A stretch of 64,000 nt of DNA, from positions 1-64,000 of IMG/VR virus record IMGVR_UViG_3300047157_000073; one strand, given 5' to 3'. Source of the DNA: a virus. Both the position numbers and the translations under genes were made by a program. Shown piece after piece: positions 43,281 to 54,178 of the stretch (the stretch's first letter is position 1; the number at the start of each line of letters is the position of its first letter). The notes under the pieces were generated by a model. The model had not been told where the DNA came from, did no database searches, and saw only the letters and a program-made list of their open reading frames with translations.

Positions 43281-44347
43281 TGAAAATAGCAATAATTACT
43301 GATACTCATTTCGGTGCAAGAAATGATAATGTGAATTTTAATGAATACTTCTATCAATTTTATGAGGGAGTATTTTTTCCATATCTACAACAAAACAATA
43401 TTAAAACATGTATTCATTTAGGTGATTGTTTTGATAGGCGTAAGTATGTATCATATAGAACAGCAAAAGATTTTAGAGAAAGATTTGTATTACCATTTAA
43501 TGTATTAGGAATTGACTTACATATGTTAGTTGGTAATCATGATATCTATTATAAGAATACAAGTCAAGTGAATTCACTTACAGAGTTACTAGGTGATAAA
43601 CATAAAAACATTCACATTTATGATGAAGCAACAGAAGTAGACTTTGATGGTTTACCAATATTACTTATGCCATGGATTAATCAAACAAATGAAATCTATG
43701 CAGAAGGTATGATTGATGAAACTAAAGCTGATGTATGTATGGGTCATCTAGAAATAAATGGTTTTCAAATGAACAAGAATGTTATAGTATCACAAGGTGG
43801 TCGTGAAAAAGAATTTTTTAGAAAGTTTGATACAGTTATGAGTGGACATTTTCATCACAAGTCAGATGATGGTCAAATCTATTATCTAGGTACACCATAT
43901 GAAATATATTGGAATGATTGGGAAGATAAAAAAGGATTCCATATCTATGATACAGAAACAAAGGAATTAGAAAGAATAGTTAATCCATATACAATATATG
44001 AAAAGATATATTATGATGATACAAAAGAAAACTATAAAGAACATGACACTACAAAGTATGCAAACAAATATGTTAAATTAATTGTAGTAGTTAAAAAAGA
44101 TTTATATCAGTTTGACCAATTCTTAGATAAGTTATATGCAGCAGATGCATTTGATATAAAAATTGTAGAGGATTTTTCAGACTTAGATGCAAGTTCAGTA
44201 TCAGATGATATTGTAGAGAACACAGAAGACACAGTAACATTATTAAACAAATACATTGATGACCTATCTATTGACTTAGAAAAAGATAGATTAAAGAATC
44301 AAATGAAATCTTTATATACAGAGGCTCAAGACTTAGACTTAGAATGA
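43280..44347 (+). CDS. gp47: recombination endonuclease subunit (Mre11/SbcD-like)
   Basis: ITDTHFG; HLGD.FD; GNHD; GHLE; SGHFH. Confidence 0.93.
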   Translation: MKIAIITDTHFGARNDNVNFNEYFYQFYEGVFFPYLQQNNIKTCIHLGDCFDRRKYVSYRTAKDFRERFVLPFNVLGIDLHMLVGNHDIYYKNTSQVNSLTELLGDKHKNIHIYDEATEVDFDGLPILLMPWINQTNEIYAEGMIDETKADVCMGHLEINGFQMNKNVIVSQGGREKEFFRKFDTVMSGHFHHKSDDGQIYYLGTPYEIYWNDWEDKKGFHIYDTETKELERIVNPYTIYEKIYYDDTKENYKEHDTTKYANKYVKLIVVVKKDLYQFDQFLDKLYAADAFDIKIVEDFSDLDASSVSDDIVENTEDTVTLLNKYIDDLSIDLEKDRLKNQMKSLYTEAQDLDLE

Positions 44348-46055
44348 TAATATTTGAAAAGGTTCGTTGGAAAAACTTTCTTTCCACAGGAAACCAATTT
44401 ACAGAAATAGATTTGAATCGTAATGAAACTACACTTATCATAGGTGAGAATGGTGCTGGTAAATCAACAGTGCTTGATGCATTATGTTTTGCATTGTTTG
44501 GAAAACCATTTCGTACAATTAGTAAATCTCAATTAGTCAATACAGTTAATGCAATGGAAACTGTAGTAGAGATTGAATTTAGTATTGCAAGTCGTAGATA
44601 TAAAGTCATTCGTGGTATCAAACCAAATAAGTTTGAGATATGGCAAAACGATAAGATGTTAAATCAAGAAGCCAATAATCGTGACTATCAAAAAATACTA
44701 GAACAACAAATACTAAAACTAAACTATCGTTCATTTACACAAGTTGTTATCTTAGGTAGTTCAACCTTTGTACCATTTATGCAATTAAAAGCAAAATTTA
44801 GGAGAGAGGTTGTTGAAGACTTATTAGATATTAAAATATTCTCAATGATGAATATGATACTTAAACAAAGACTAAAAGATTTAGTTATAGAATTACAAGA
44901 AGTAGAATATAATTATAAGTTATCTGGTGAAAAAATAAATATGCAAGAATCTTATATTGAAAACATTAAAAATAATGCAGGGATTATTATAAAAGAAAAA
45001 CAAAGTAATTATGATAATAACTTTATAGAATTAAATAAAAAGATAAACAATAAAAAAGAATTAGAAAAACTCAAAAAACATTATTTGAATCAGTCACAGA
45101 CCAAATCAATGTAGAATCTAAAGATGTCAAATTAAAAGACTTACGCTCTACACTTGTAGAAAAACAAAAAGAAAAAGATAAAATGATAGCATTTTTTGAA
45201 AAGCATGATGACTGTCCTGTATGTACACAAGACATACCTAAAGATTTTAAATCTGAAATGATAACTACAAAAGAAAAAGAGAAAAAAGAAATTGTGAATG
45301 GTCTTACAAAAATGGAAGAAGAATTAGATAAGACACAAAGTAGACTATCTGAAATAGTAAAAGTTACAAATGAGATACAAGATAACTCAATACAGATAGC
45401 ACAATTAAATACATCTATAAAAGAATTAGAAAAATTTCAAGAAAGATTGTCTAATGAAATTACAGAATTAGAAAAGAGTACAATTAATAATTCTGATGAA
45501 GAAAAACTAAAAACACTTCAAGAAGAATTTAGTGGTATAGAAAAAAATAGAAAAGATTTAAAAGAAGAAAAAATTTATAAAGAAGCAACAAGAGCCATGT
45601 TGCAAGATACAGGTATTAAGACTAAAATTATTAAACAATATTTACCTATCATGAATCAGCTGATTAATAAGTATCTAGCATCTATGGAATTTTATGTAAA
45701 CTTTACATTAAATGAAAACTTTGATGAAACAATCAAGTCAAGATTTCGTGATAATTTTAACTATGCTTCATTTAGTGAAGGTGAGAAAATGAGAATAGAT
45801 TTAGCATTACTCTTTACATGGAGAGCCATAGCAAAAATGAAAAATAGTACAAATACTAATCTATTAATACTAGATGAGATATTTGATAGTTCATTAGATA
45901 GTGCTGGAACAGATGAGTTTCTAAAAATACTAAACACACTAGAGGGTGAGAATGTATTTGTGATAAGTCATAAACAAGATGTATTAGTGGACAAGTTTAA
46001 ACATACACTTAAATTTGAGAAGAATAAAAACTTTAGTAAAATGGTGGTAGCATGA
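44344..46055 (+). CDS. gp46: recombination ATPase subunit (Rad50/SbcC-like; frameshift in the A-run near 45068)
   Basis: KNFLSTGN; GENGAGKST; Zn hook CPVC; FSEGEKMRIDLA; LDEIFD; VISH. Confidence 0.93.
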
Positions 46056-46264
46056 CAAATTCAAAACATTTAATACATAGAAGTTTAGACATAGGAAGTG
46101 GACTAATCATTTCGATTATAATACAGTTAACCATATTTCCCCTTTATGGCATATACATTGAGGTGTGGGCAATGTTTCATCTTGCAATTATATTTACAAT
46201 CGTAGGTATCATAAGAAGTTATCTCTGGTCAAAATATGTATTTAAATATGGAGAATCTAAATGA
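46052..46264 (+). CDS. small two-TM membrane protein
   Basis: 70 aa hydrophobic ORF; ATGA overlap with gp46. Confidence 0.55.
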   Translation: MTNSKHLIHRSLDIGSGLIISIIIQLTIFPLYGIYIEVWAMFHLAIIFTIVGIIRSYLWSKYVFKYGESK

Positions 46265-46278
46265 GAATCATTCTCATT
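46260..46278. promoter_or_regulatory. Fur-box-like palindrome, copy 1
   Basis: aatgagaat-c-attctcatt, a perfect 9-1-9 inverted repeat. Confidence 0.6.
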
Positions 46279-46369
46279 AACTAGTGATTTTACTGATATC
46301 GTACAATATTTGCACAATCTTATTTTAAAATAATTCATTAATCCTATATAAATCAATAACATACAACCC

Positions 46370-46398
46370 TTGACAAAACCTGTTAGACCTGTCATACT
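46370..46398 (+). promoter_or_regulatory. early sigma70-type promoter
   Basis: TTGACA-aaacctgttagacctgt (17)-CATACT. Confidence 0.7.
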
Positions 46399-46430
46399 GG
46401 CTGTGTAAATTAAATTGAGAGAGTAGATTT

Positions 46431-48881
46431 ATGAGAAGACAACAAAACCCCCAAAAAATCAAGTTAGAATCTGTAAAAGATAAATCGACTTTAGTCAAAT
46501 TATTGGCTGAGGAAGATGTTACTGTATCTTATCAGAAAGTTCCTACTGCTAGTTTCAATCCGAATACTAGAGAAGTAGTTCTACCTATATGGAAAGATAA
46601 ATCAGAATCAGTTATGGATATGATGTCACTTCATGAAGTGGGTCATGCTTTATACACACCATTATCTTTATTAGAAGATGGTCAAAATAAAAAAGTTAAA
46701 CATTCTTTTCTGAATGTATTAGAAGATGTTAGAATTGAAAAGATGATTCAAGATAAGTATCTTGGGTCAGTTAGAGTATTCAAAAAAGCATATACAGAAT
46801 TATTAGAAAAAGACTTTTTCAATATTAATGGAAAAGACTTATCAAAACTTAATCTGATTGACAGAATCAACATGCATTATAAGAATGTACCAGATGTACC
46901 TTTTGATAATGATGAATTAGAATGGGTTGATAAAGCCAATCAAACAAAAACATCTGATGATGTTTTAAATCTTGCAATCGAATTACAAGAGTGGATGAAA
47001 GCAAATCAAAAAGATATTGATTCAGATAGTTTATTTGAATCAGATATTACAATACCAGATATGGATAAATCAGAAGATGAATCTGATGGTGGAAATTCTG
47101 AATCAGATGATTCTAATAGTTCCGAAGATGGTGACCAAGAATCAGAAGATACTGATGGTGATGGCAATTCAATTCAGATTCAGATTCAGATGATGAAAAA
47201 GATTCAGATGATAAATCAGATGATGGTAAATCTTCTGAGAATGTAGAATCAGATGATAAACAAGAACAAAAAATTAAAGGTTTTTCTAAAGGTTCTGGTG
47301 GTGAAGATTTTGATGGTATCGAAGCAATGACTGATACTAACTATCAGAAAAAACAATATGATTCAGTTGACCAGAATGCTACTGAGATTGAATACTTAAA
47401 TATACCTAAAATAAATCTTAAAGAAGTAATTATAGATTATAAAGATGTTAATAAAGAATTATCAGAACATTATTCAAGTAAAACTCAAGGTAGAGAATAT
47501 AATCAAAAATATATGGACTTTATTAATAAAGATATTGTTAAATTTAAGAATGAACAGAAATCTACAATATCATATATGGTTAAAGAATTTGAAATGAAAA
47601 AGGCTGCTGACTTATATAAAAGAAGTACCGTGTCAAAAACAGGTAGTTTAAATATGGATAAGTTACATAGTTATTCTTACAATGAAGATATATTCTTAAA
47701 AATGAATGTTGAACCAGGTGCTACGAATCATGGACTAGTTATGTTCGTGGATTGGTCAGGTTCTATGCATGATAACTTTTACAATACAATTAAACAGACT
47801 TTAAATTTAGTTTGGTTTTGTGAGAGAGTAAATATTCCTTTTGAAGTTTATGGATTTACAAATGGTTATTCTAACAGAGATGATACTATCAAAAATACTA
47901 ACATTCAAAAAAGAAAACAAAATGATATCATAATTAATGAATTAAGATTATTAAACATGTTATCAAGTAGAGCAAGTAAAGATGAAATGAATGAGGGTAT
48001 GAAAAACATATGGGCAGTTGCTAATTATTATGGAATGCAATGTAGTCAAGTTAAATCTCATGATGAAGATGATAGATATATGTATCCAATTTATGTACAT
48101 ACTGATTATCAATTACACAGTACACCATTGAATCATTCAATAGTTGCTGCTATGGACTTGGTACCTAAATTCAAAAAAGATTATGGATTACAAAAAGTAC
48201 ATACTGTATTCTTAACAGATGGTTCTAGTAATAATATTGATTACAAGTATGAGTGGTCTACACAAGACATAAGACCATACTCTGAAAGAGTTGATAGAGT
48301 TACAGGTAAAGCTATTCCTTTACCAGATGATTATGAAGGTGGATTTCAACCATCAAGTATAAGAGGTTCTTACCATTCTACAGACAAGATAGTAGTTATT
48401 AAAGACCCAATCACTAATAAAAAATGGACTTCTAGTAAAGATGAAAAAAATTCATATAGTCATGATAGTGGATTTTCATATGGAGGTCAAACTAAAATTC
48501 TATTATCATTCTTAAAATCAAGAGTACCAGGTATGAGTGTCACAAACTTCTTTATTGCTGGTAGAAATAGAAAAGGCACAATTTCAAAATATGATATTGG
48601 ACAAATCTTTCGGATTGAATAGTTGGGATGATGAAGAACAAATTAAAAAGATTCAAAAAGAAATTCTAAAAAACAATGTTGCAGTTTGTACTACTCAGGC
48701 TTGGGATGAATTGTATGTCTTACCAGGTGGTCAAAGATTAGATGTATCAAATGATGATTTATCAGATATAAAACCAGGTGAGTTTAAGAAATCAGATTTG
48801 AAAAAGGCCTTTGGAAAAATGTCTTCAGGTAGAAAGAATTCTAGACCATTATTAAATAAGTTTATAGGAATGATTGCTTAA
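46431..48881 (+). CDS. HExxH-peptidase-like plus vWA-domain protein (phage CobT-like; frameshifts near 47170 and 48610)
   Basis: LHEVGHALYTP; NVLEDVRIE; acidic linker; KEFEMKKAA; MIDAS VDWSGSM; STPLN; FLTDG. Confidence 0.8.
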
Positions 48882-48898
48882 TGAGAATCATTCTCAAT
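48880..48898. promoter_or_regulatory. Fur-box-like palindrome, copy 2
   Basis: aatgagaatcattctcaat. Confidence 0.6.
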
Positions 48899-48940
48899 AA
48901 CTATTTTGCAAAGTCTAGTATATATAGGGGTGATAGGCCC

Positions 48941-48970
48941 TTGACAAAACCTGTCTTAACCTGTCATAAT
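48941..48970 (+). promoter_or_regulatory. early sigma70-type promoter
   Basis: TTGACA-aaacctgtcttaacctgt (18)-CATAAT; near copy of the 46370 promoter. Confidence 0.7.
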
Positions 48971-49009
48971 AGCTACATGATGAGAAAATTAATAAATGAG
49001 ATAATTCCA

Positions 49010-49028
49010 AATGAGAATCATTCTCAAT
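49010..49028. promoter_or_regulatory. Fur-box-like palindrome, copy 3
   Basis: aatgagaatcattctcaat, downstream of the -10 element. Confidence 0.6.
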
Positions 49029-49074
49029 TAGATTTCAAGTCAAAATTAAATAATGAGATATGTGAGGTATCAAT

Positions 49075-50301
49075 ATGAAAACACTAATAAACGAAATGTC
49101 ACCAAAACTAAAAGACTTTTTAATTCTTGTGAATGAAAAGTTAGGTGAAGGTTCAGAAGTTACTAGACAAGAGTTGAATGACATTGCTCTTGGTAATGGG
49201 TTACCAAAACCTAGAACCTTTATTAAATGGTTAACTAAAAATGGATTAAAAACAGGTCATGGTAAATATCAATTACCAACAGATGATACAGAATCATCTA
49301 GTCAACCTAATTTAGTTTCAGTACCGAAAGTTGCTGTGACTAATAATGAACCACAGGCAACTGTGAATCTAATGATGAATACAGAAACTCAAAATCTGAT
49401 TCCAAGCCCATTCGAAGGTTTTGTACCTTGGGGTCATTGTGCTACTATTAAAAAAGTGATTCAATCTAAAATGTTCTATCCTGTTTTTATCACAGGTCTA
49501 TCAGGTAATGGTAAGACATTGATGGTTGAGGAATTACATAGTAAATTGAAAAGAGAATTAATCAGAGTAAACATTACTATTGAAACTGATGAAGATGATT
49601 TACTCGGTGGATTCAGATTAATAGATGGTGAAACTAAGTTTGTACCAGGCCCTGTTATTCAGGCAATGGAAAGAGGTTGTACTTTACTTCTTGATGAGTG
49701 CGACTTGGGTAGTAACAAGTTACTTGCATTACAACCAGTTCTTGAAGGCAAGGGTGTCTTCCTTAAAAAGATTAACAAATGGGTTACACCAAAACCTGGT
49801 TTCAATGTGATTGCTACTGCAAACACTAAAGGTAAAGGTTCAGATGATGGTAGATTCGTTGGAACGAATATTCTTAATGAGGCGTTCCTTGAAAGATTTG
49901 CTGTTACAATCGAACAACCATATCCTAGTTCAAAAGTTGAAAAGAAAATCATACTTGGTTCTATGGAAAAGTATAATAAGATAGATGAGAAGTTTGCTGA
50001 GAATCTAACTGTTTGGGCAGAGGTTATCAGAAAGACTTTTTATGATGGTGGAGTTGATGAGATTATATCTACTAGAAGACTTGACCACATAGTTAAAGCA
50101 TTCTCAATCTTCAATGACAAGATGAAATCAATCGAGTTATGTGTATCAAGATTTGATGATGATACAAAGGAATCATTCATGGATTTATACACTAAAATAG
50201 ATGCTGGAGAGGATGTACAGGGTATATCTGATTCAGATGAAGACTTAGATGACCCTGTTGATGAAACTGTTAATGAAGACGGAGGAGCTGTAAACTACTA
50301 A
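49075..50301 (+). CDS. MoxR-type AAA+ ATPase (phage CobS-like)
   Basis: GLSGNGKT; NITIETDEDDLLGG; LLLDE; ATANTKGKG; AFLERF; ISTRRL. Confidence 0.9.
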   Translation: MKTLINEMSPKLKDFLILVNEKLGEGSEVTRQELNDIALGNGLPKPRTFIKWLTKNGLKTGHGKYQLPTDDTESSSQPNLVSVPKVAVTNNEPQATVNLMMNTETQNLIPSPFEGFVPWGHCATIKKVIQSKMFYPVFITGLSGNGKTLMVEELHSKLKRELIRVNITIETDEDDLLGGFRLIDGETKFVPGPVIQAMERGCTLLLDECDLGSNKLLALQPVLEGKGVFLKKINKWVTPKPGFNVIATANTKGKGSDDGRFVGTNILNEAFLERFAVTIEQPYPSSKVEKKIILGSMEKYNKIDEKFAENLTVWAEVIRKTFYDGGVDEIISTRRLDHIVKAFSIFNDKMKSIELCVSRFDDDTKESFMDLYTKIDAGEDVQGISDSDEDLDDPVDETVNEDGGAVNY

Positions 50302-50330
50302 GATTTCAAACTTCATGTTTGATACCTCAG

Positions 50331-50363
50331 GCTGAGGGAATGAAAGTTCCCTCAGTTTTTTTT
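50331..50363 (+). terminator. Rho-independent terminator
   Basis: ctgagggaa-tgaaag-ttccctcag followed by T8. Confidence 0.85.
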
Positions 50364-50375
50364 ACAAAATATATT

Positions 50376-51020
50376 ATGTTTAAATATCCATTAAAAAAAT
50401 ACGAAGATATAAAAATTAGAGCATTGATACATTGGAATTCTCTAAGAGTAAACCAACACTATTGGACACCAGAAATTTCAGTTTCTAAACCTTACAAAAA
50501 AGGTTATCAATTAAAATTACAATTATCTAGAATACCATATGATAAAACTCATATACAAACTGATTATGCATCAAAAGAATATTTAAATATTTCTGGTGGG
50601 TTAAATTTATCACCTGGTGCAATACAAGGTAGATTTAAAAAGTTGAATAAACCAATACCAAAAATTACTGCAGACCATATATTAGGTTCATCAAATGTTG
50701 GTGAATGCACATTAGACAATCCTCACTTAATTGAAGATAATGGATTTGGTGAATTTTTTCAATTATTTTTACACAGTTTATTAGTAACGCGTGTAACTAG
50801 AAAAGAAAATGATGACCTTGCATTATTGAGAGGTAAATTTTTAACTAAGGATAAGTATAATGAATTAGGTATTAAACTTTATGATAAAGATAATAATGAA
50901 GTTGAATTACCTGCACCACCAAAAATACTAACAGAGTGGGAGATAAAAAAATTCGGTTTGAAAGATACAGGATACAAACCTGTTTATACTAAACCAAAAA
51001 AACTTATACAATTTGTTTAG
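50376..51020 (+). CDS. hypothetical protein (possible His-Me finger remnant)
   Basis: ATG at 50376 after the terminator; TADHI...VTRKEN pattern. Confidence 0.45.
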   Translation: MFKYPLKKYEDIKIRALIHWNSLRVNQHYWTPEISVSKPYKKGYQLKLQLSRIPYDKTHIQTDYASKEYLNISGGLNLSPGAIQGRFKKLNKPIPKITADHILGSSNVGECTLDNPHLIEDNGFGEFFQLFLHSLLVTRVTRKENDDLALLRGKFLTKDKYNELGIKLYDKDNNEVELPAPPKILTEWEIKKFGLKDTGYKPVYTKPKKLIQFV

Positions 51021-51026
51021 AAGTTG

Positions 51027-51034
51027 TATAAATA
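51027..51034 (+). promoter_or_regulatory. late promoter TATAAATA for hsp20
   Basis: Exact consensus, followed by a hairpin-containing leader. Confidence 0.65.
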
Positions 51035-51096
51035 CTTTTGTGAATGCCTAATGGGTTCACACTATAAACTTTGCTTAACTAAGGAGGTTAACTATT

Positions 51097-51642
51097 ATGG
51101 TAAAACTAACACACTTTGATATAAATCAATTCGCACCTTTTACAGTCGGATTCGATAGAGTTTTTGATAGACTCGTAGATTATGGAAACACAAACTATGA
51201 AACTGGTGGATTCCCGCCATACAATATCAGAAAGACTGGTGACTTTAAACATGTTATTGAAATTGCATTAGCAGGTTTCAGTAAGGATGAAATAGAAGTT
51301 GTCTTAACTGATGGCGTTTTAGAGATTAAATCCTCTAATTTGCCAACATCTGATAAACCTAAAAAACTTAAAGATGAAGATATGCAGTATAGTACTGACA
51401 GAAACCAATGGAGTTTAAAAACATACCCAGATGGCGAAACATCATTTGGTCAAAAAACTTCACAGTATGACAATGATGTTTTAATTCATAAAGGTATTGC
51501 AAAAAGAGCTTTCACTAGAAAGTTCACACTTGCAGATGATATTGAAATCAAAGATGCAAAACTAGAAAATGGTTTACTTTTAATAGATTTGGAACAGATT
51601 GTGCCAGAACACAAAAAACCAAAAATTATTAAAGTAAAATAA
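51097..51642 (+). CDS. small heat-shock protein (Hsp20/IbpA family)
   Basis: VGFDRVFD; FPPYNI; IEIALAGF; HKGIA.R.F.R.FTLAD; A.LENGLL.I.L..PE..KP..I. Confidence 0.93.
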   Translation: MVKLTHFDINQFAPFTVGFDRVFDRLVDYGNTNYETGGFPPYNIRKTGDFKHVIEIALAGFSKDEIEVVLTDGVLEIKSSNLPTSDKPKKLKDEDMQYSTDRNQWSLKTYPDGETSFGQKTSQYDNDVLIHKGIAKRAFTRKFTLADDIEIKDAKLENGLLLIDLEQIVPEHKKPKIIKVK

Positions 51643-51666
51643 ATTGAAATAAGTGTTAGGAATGCC

Positions 51667-51696
51667 TTGACAAAAGGTGTTCCTATCATGTATAAT
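51667..51696 (+). promoter_or_regulatory. early sigma70-type promoter
   Basis: TTGACA-aaaggtgt.. (18)-TATAAT. Confidence 0.7.
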
Positions 51697-51707
51697 GGTA
51701 TGTAATT

Positions 51708-52694
51708 ATGAAAATACTAGGTGATGATGATATTGGTAAAGGAGGTATTGATGTACTCAATACTGAAACTGGTGAATCTAAAACAGTAAGAAAAAGAGAA
51801 ACCGACAAACCTTTTACAATAGATGACTACAATAAAGTCTTAGAAGACGCACAAAAACAGCAGGAAAATATTATGAGTGAAGAAACACAACAAGTGAAAA
51901 GAGCAGACATGATAAATGCTCAAAACAAAGCATCAGAAGAACAACAAATAGATACAGGTGAAGAAGTTCCAAAAAACCCTGGCGGTATTGAAATTGCAAT
52001 GCGACCAAAAACTGCTGTTAATATAATGAGATGTCAATTTCCAAATGAAGTCACAACAGAAATAAATGAACATATAGAAAAAGTTATTATTCCAAATAAT
52101 GTAGACCATTCAAAAGGTTTAGTTGGACAGATATCACAACACGAAAGGTCAGCACAATTAACTTTTCCACATGAAGGCGATGAAGTTGGTGAAATGTTTA
52201 GTGGTGTATTACAAAGACTAGCAAAAGAATTTGTAAATAAGACAGTAGGAATGGAATGTGAAACCTCTATGGAATCAATGTGGACAGTACATAGTTATAG
52301 TGGTGATTACAATCCTGTACATGACCATGGCACAAGAACACCAATGGGTGTATCATGTATTATGTATTTACAAGTTCCTAGATGTATTGCAACCTTAGGA
52401 AACCCATCAGAAAATTTTGATGGTCTAAATGAATCATCAGGTGCAGTAGATGGTTTTACATATTTAACTTGGGGTACTAATGGTATGCGTGATGTTAATA
52501 TGTTAAGACCTATTACAGAAGAATATGTTAAACCAGAAGTTGGTACATTGATTATGTTTCCTAGTTGGTTAAGACATGGAGTTATGCCTTTCTTTGGTAA
52601 AGAAGATGATGAGAGAAGAACATTCTCAGCAAACATTAATATTACTTTAAAAGAAAAACTAACTGGTGACCATTATAGGAAAGATAGAACATGA
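51708..52694 (+). CDS. Fe(II)/2OG oxygenase-like protein with N-terminal extension
   Basis: WTVHSYSGDYNPVHDH; SCIMYL.VP; PEVG.LIMFPSWLRH.V.PF; ERRTFSAN. Confidence 0.75.
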   Translation: MKILGDDDIGKGGIDVLNTETGESKTVRKRETDKPFTIDDYNKVLEDAQKQQENIMSEETQQVKRADMINAQNKASEEQQIDTGEEVPKNPGGIEIAMRPKTAVNIMRCQFPNEVTTEINEHIEKVIIPNNVDHSKGLVGQISQHERSAQLTFPHEGDEVGEMFSGVLQRLAKEFVNKTVGMECETSMESMWTVHSYSGDYNPVHDHGTRTPMGVSCIMYLQVPRCIATLGNPSENFDGLNESSGAVDGFTYLTWGTNGMRDVNMLRPITEEYVKPEVGTLIMFPSWLRHGVMPFFGKEDDERRTFSANINITLKEKLTGDHYRKDRT

Positions 52695-53458
52695 GTTTAA
52701 AAAATCTTTCAGATTCTTTAGGTAAAAAACAAAAACCTAAAAAAGGTAAATCTTTTGATACACAAGCACAAATAAAAACTATACCATCATATAAATTGAT
52801 GGCAGTACAGTTCCCAGATTTTTTTATTGATGATATTAATAAACATATTGATGAAGTTATTATACCAGCAAAAGTATCTCATAAAGGTCAATTAGTAGGA
52901 CAGATTAATAAAAATGAAAAATCTGAACAATGGGCTTTTCCTTTAGATAGTGAAATGGGAAAAGATTTTAAAACTATTGTAGATAGATGTGCTACTAGTT
53001 TACTAAATGATAAACTTGGTTATCAGCGTGACAGTATTGCAGAGGCTTTTGAAGCATGGACTGTACACAGTTATGCTGGAGATTACAATCCTCTACATGC
53101 ACATGGGTGTGAAACACCTGCAGGACTATCTTGTATACTTTATTTAAAAGTACCAAAGTGTATTGAGGAAAAACCAAGAATACCTTTATTACATAATGCA
53201 GCTGGTGGTATTGATGGGTTTACAGGTTTAATCACATCAACAAATACTATTCATGATGTTTACAGATTAAAATTAGATGCACAAGAATATGTAAAACCTA
53301 AAAAAGGATTTATGATGATATTTCCTAATTGGTTGCAACATTGTGTAATGCCATTTTTCGGAGAAGGTGAACGAAGAACAATGTCTGCTAATTTTAATAT
53401 CAGAGATAGTAAAGAAACTGTTAAACAATTTCAATCACCAACATTACATAACGAATAA
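52691..53458 (+). CDS. Fe(II)/2OG oxygenase-like protein (paralogue of 51708)
   Basis: WTVHSYAGDYNPLHAH; IFPNWLQH.V.PF; ERRTMSAN. Confidence 0.75.
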   Translation: MSLKNLSDSLGKKQKPKKGKSFDTQAQIKTIPSYKLMAVQFPDFFIDDINKHIDEVIIPAKVSHKGQLVGQINKNEKSEQWAFPLDSEMGKDFKTIVDRCATSLLNDKLGYQRDSIAEAFEAWTVHSYAGDYNPLHAHGCETPAGLSCILYLKVPKCIEEKPRIPLLHNAAGGIDGFTGLITSTNTIHDVYRLKLDAQEYVKPKKGFMMIFPNWLQHCVMPFFGEGERRTMSANFNIRDSKETVKQFQSPTLHNE

Positions 53459-53485
53459 AAAATTTAAACACAAACGGAGTATATT

Positions 53486-54160
53486 ATGAAACTAAGTGAA
53501 CACACAGTAGATGTATTAAAAAACTTTGCATCTATAAATCAAAACCTTGTAATAAAAGAAGGTAGTACATTGACAACAATGTCTGCCATGAAAAATATTG
53601 TTGCAAAGGCTGAAGTAGAAGAATCATTTGATAAGGAAGTAGCAATCTATGACTTAAATGAATTTCTTGCTTCTATATCGTTATTTACAAATCCTGTTCT
53701 AGAATTTAACGAAGGGTTTGTGACTATTAAAGAAGAAAATAATCCAAAGAATTCTTTGAAGTATTTTTATTCAGACCCATCGGTTGTTACTTCACCAAAT
53801 AAAACAATTACTATGCCTAGTAAAGAAGTATCATTTAAACTGAATGGTGAAAACTTAAATAAACTTAAAAGAGCTGCTGGTGTTATACAGGCACCAGATT
53901 TAGTATTAGAGAAAAATAATACTGATGTATTCTTAACAGTAAAAGATAAAAAGAATGATACTGCAAATACATTCTCTATTGATGTTGATACTGTTGCAGA
54001 TGGTAGTGATTTTAAATTCTTTTTCAAAGTAGAAAATCTAAAACTTATGGATGGTGATTATGATGTTGATATTTCATCTAAGAATATTAGTCATCTAGCA
54101 TCTTCTAATAAAGATGTAGAGTATTGGGTAGCACTTGAACCTGAATCAAGTTATGAATAA
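53486..54160 (+). CDS. gp45: sliding clamp
   Basis: MKLS..T..VLKNFASINQ; IYDLNEFL; KVENLK; YWVALE. Confidence 0.93.
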   Translation: MKLSEHTVDVLKNFASINQNLVIKEGSTLTTMSAMKNIVAKAEVEESFDKEVAIYDLNEFLASISLFTNPVLEFNEGFVTIKEENNPKNSLKYFYSDPSVVTSPNKTITMPSKEVSFKLNGENLNKLKRAAGVIQAPDLVLEKNNTDVFLTVKDKKNDTANTFSIDVDTVADGSDFKFFFKVENLKLMDGDYDVDISSKNISHLASSNKDVEYWVALEPESSYE

Positions 54161-54178
54161 CAAATTGGATTATATATT

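Noticed and set aside
48881-49078. 65-aa ORF between the vWA and AAA genes
   Set aside because: It overlies the promoter and two palindromic operators and has no recognisable motif; more plausibly regulatory DNA
46431-50301. Cobalamin biosynthesis (cobT/cobS) interpretation
   Set aside because: The motifs show only a MoxR AAA+ ATPase and a vWA partner, common in T4-like marine phages; no cobN or other cob genes were seen
50319-50375. Upstream TTG start for ORF 50319..51020
   Set aside because: The extension runs through the terminator hairpin; the ATG at 50376 is preferred
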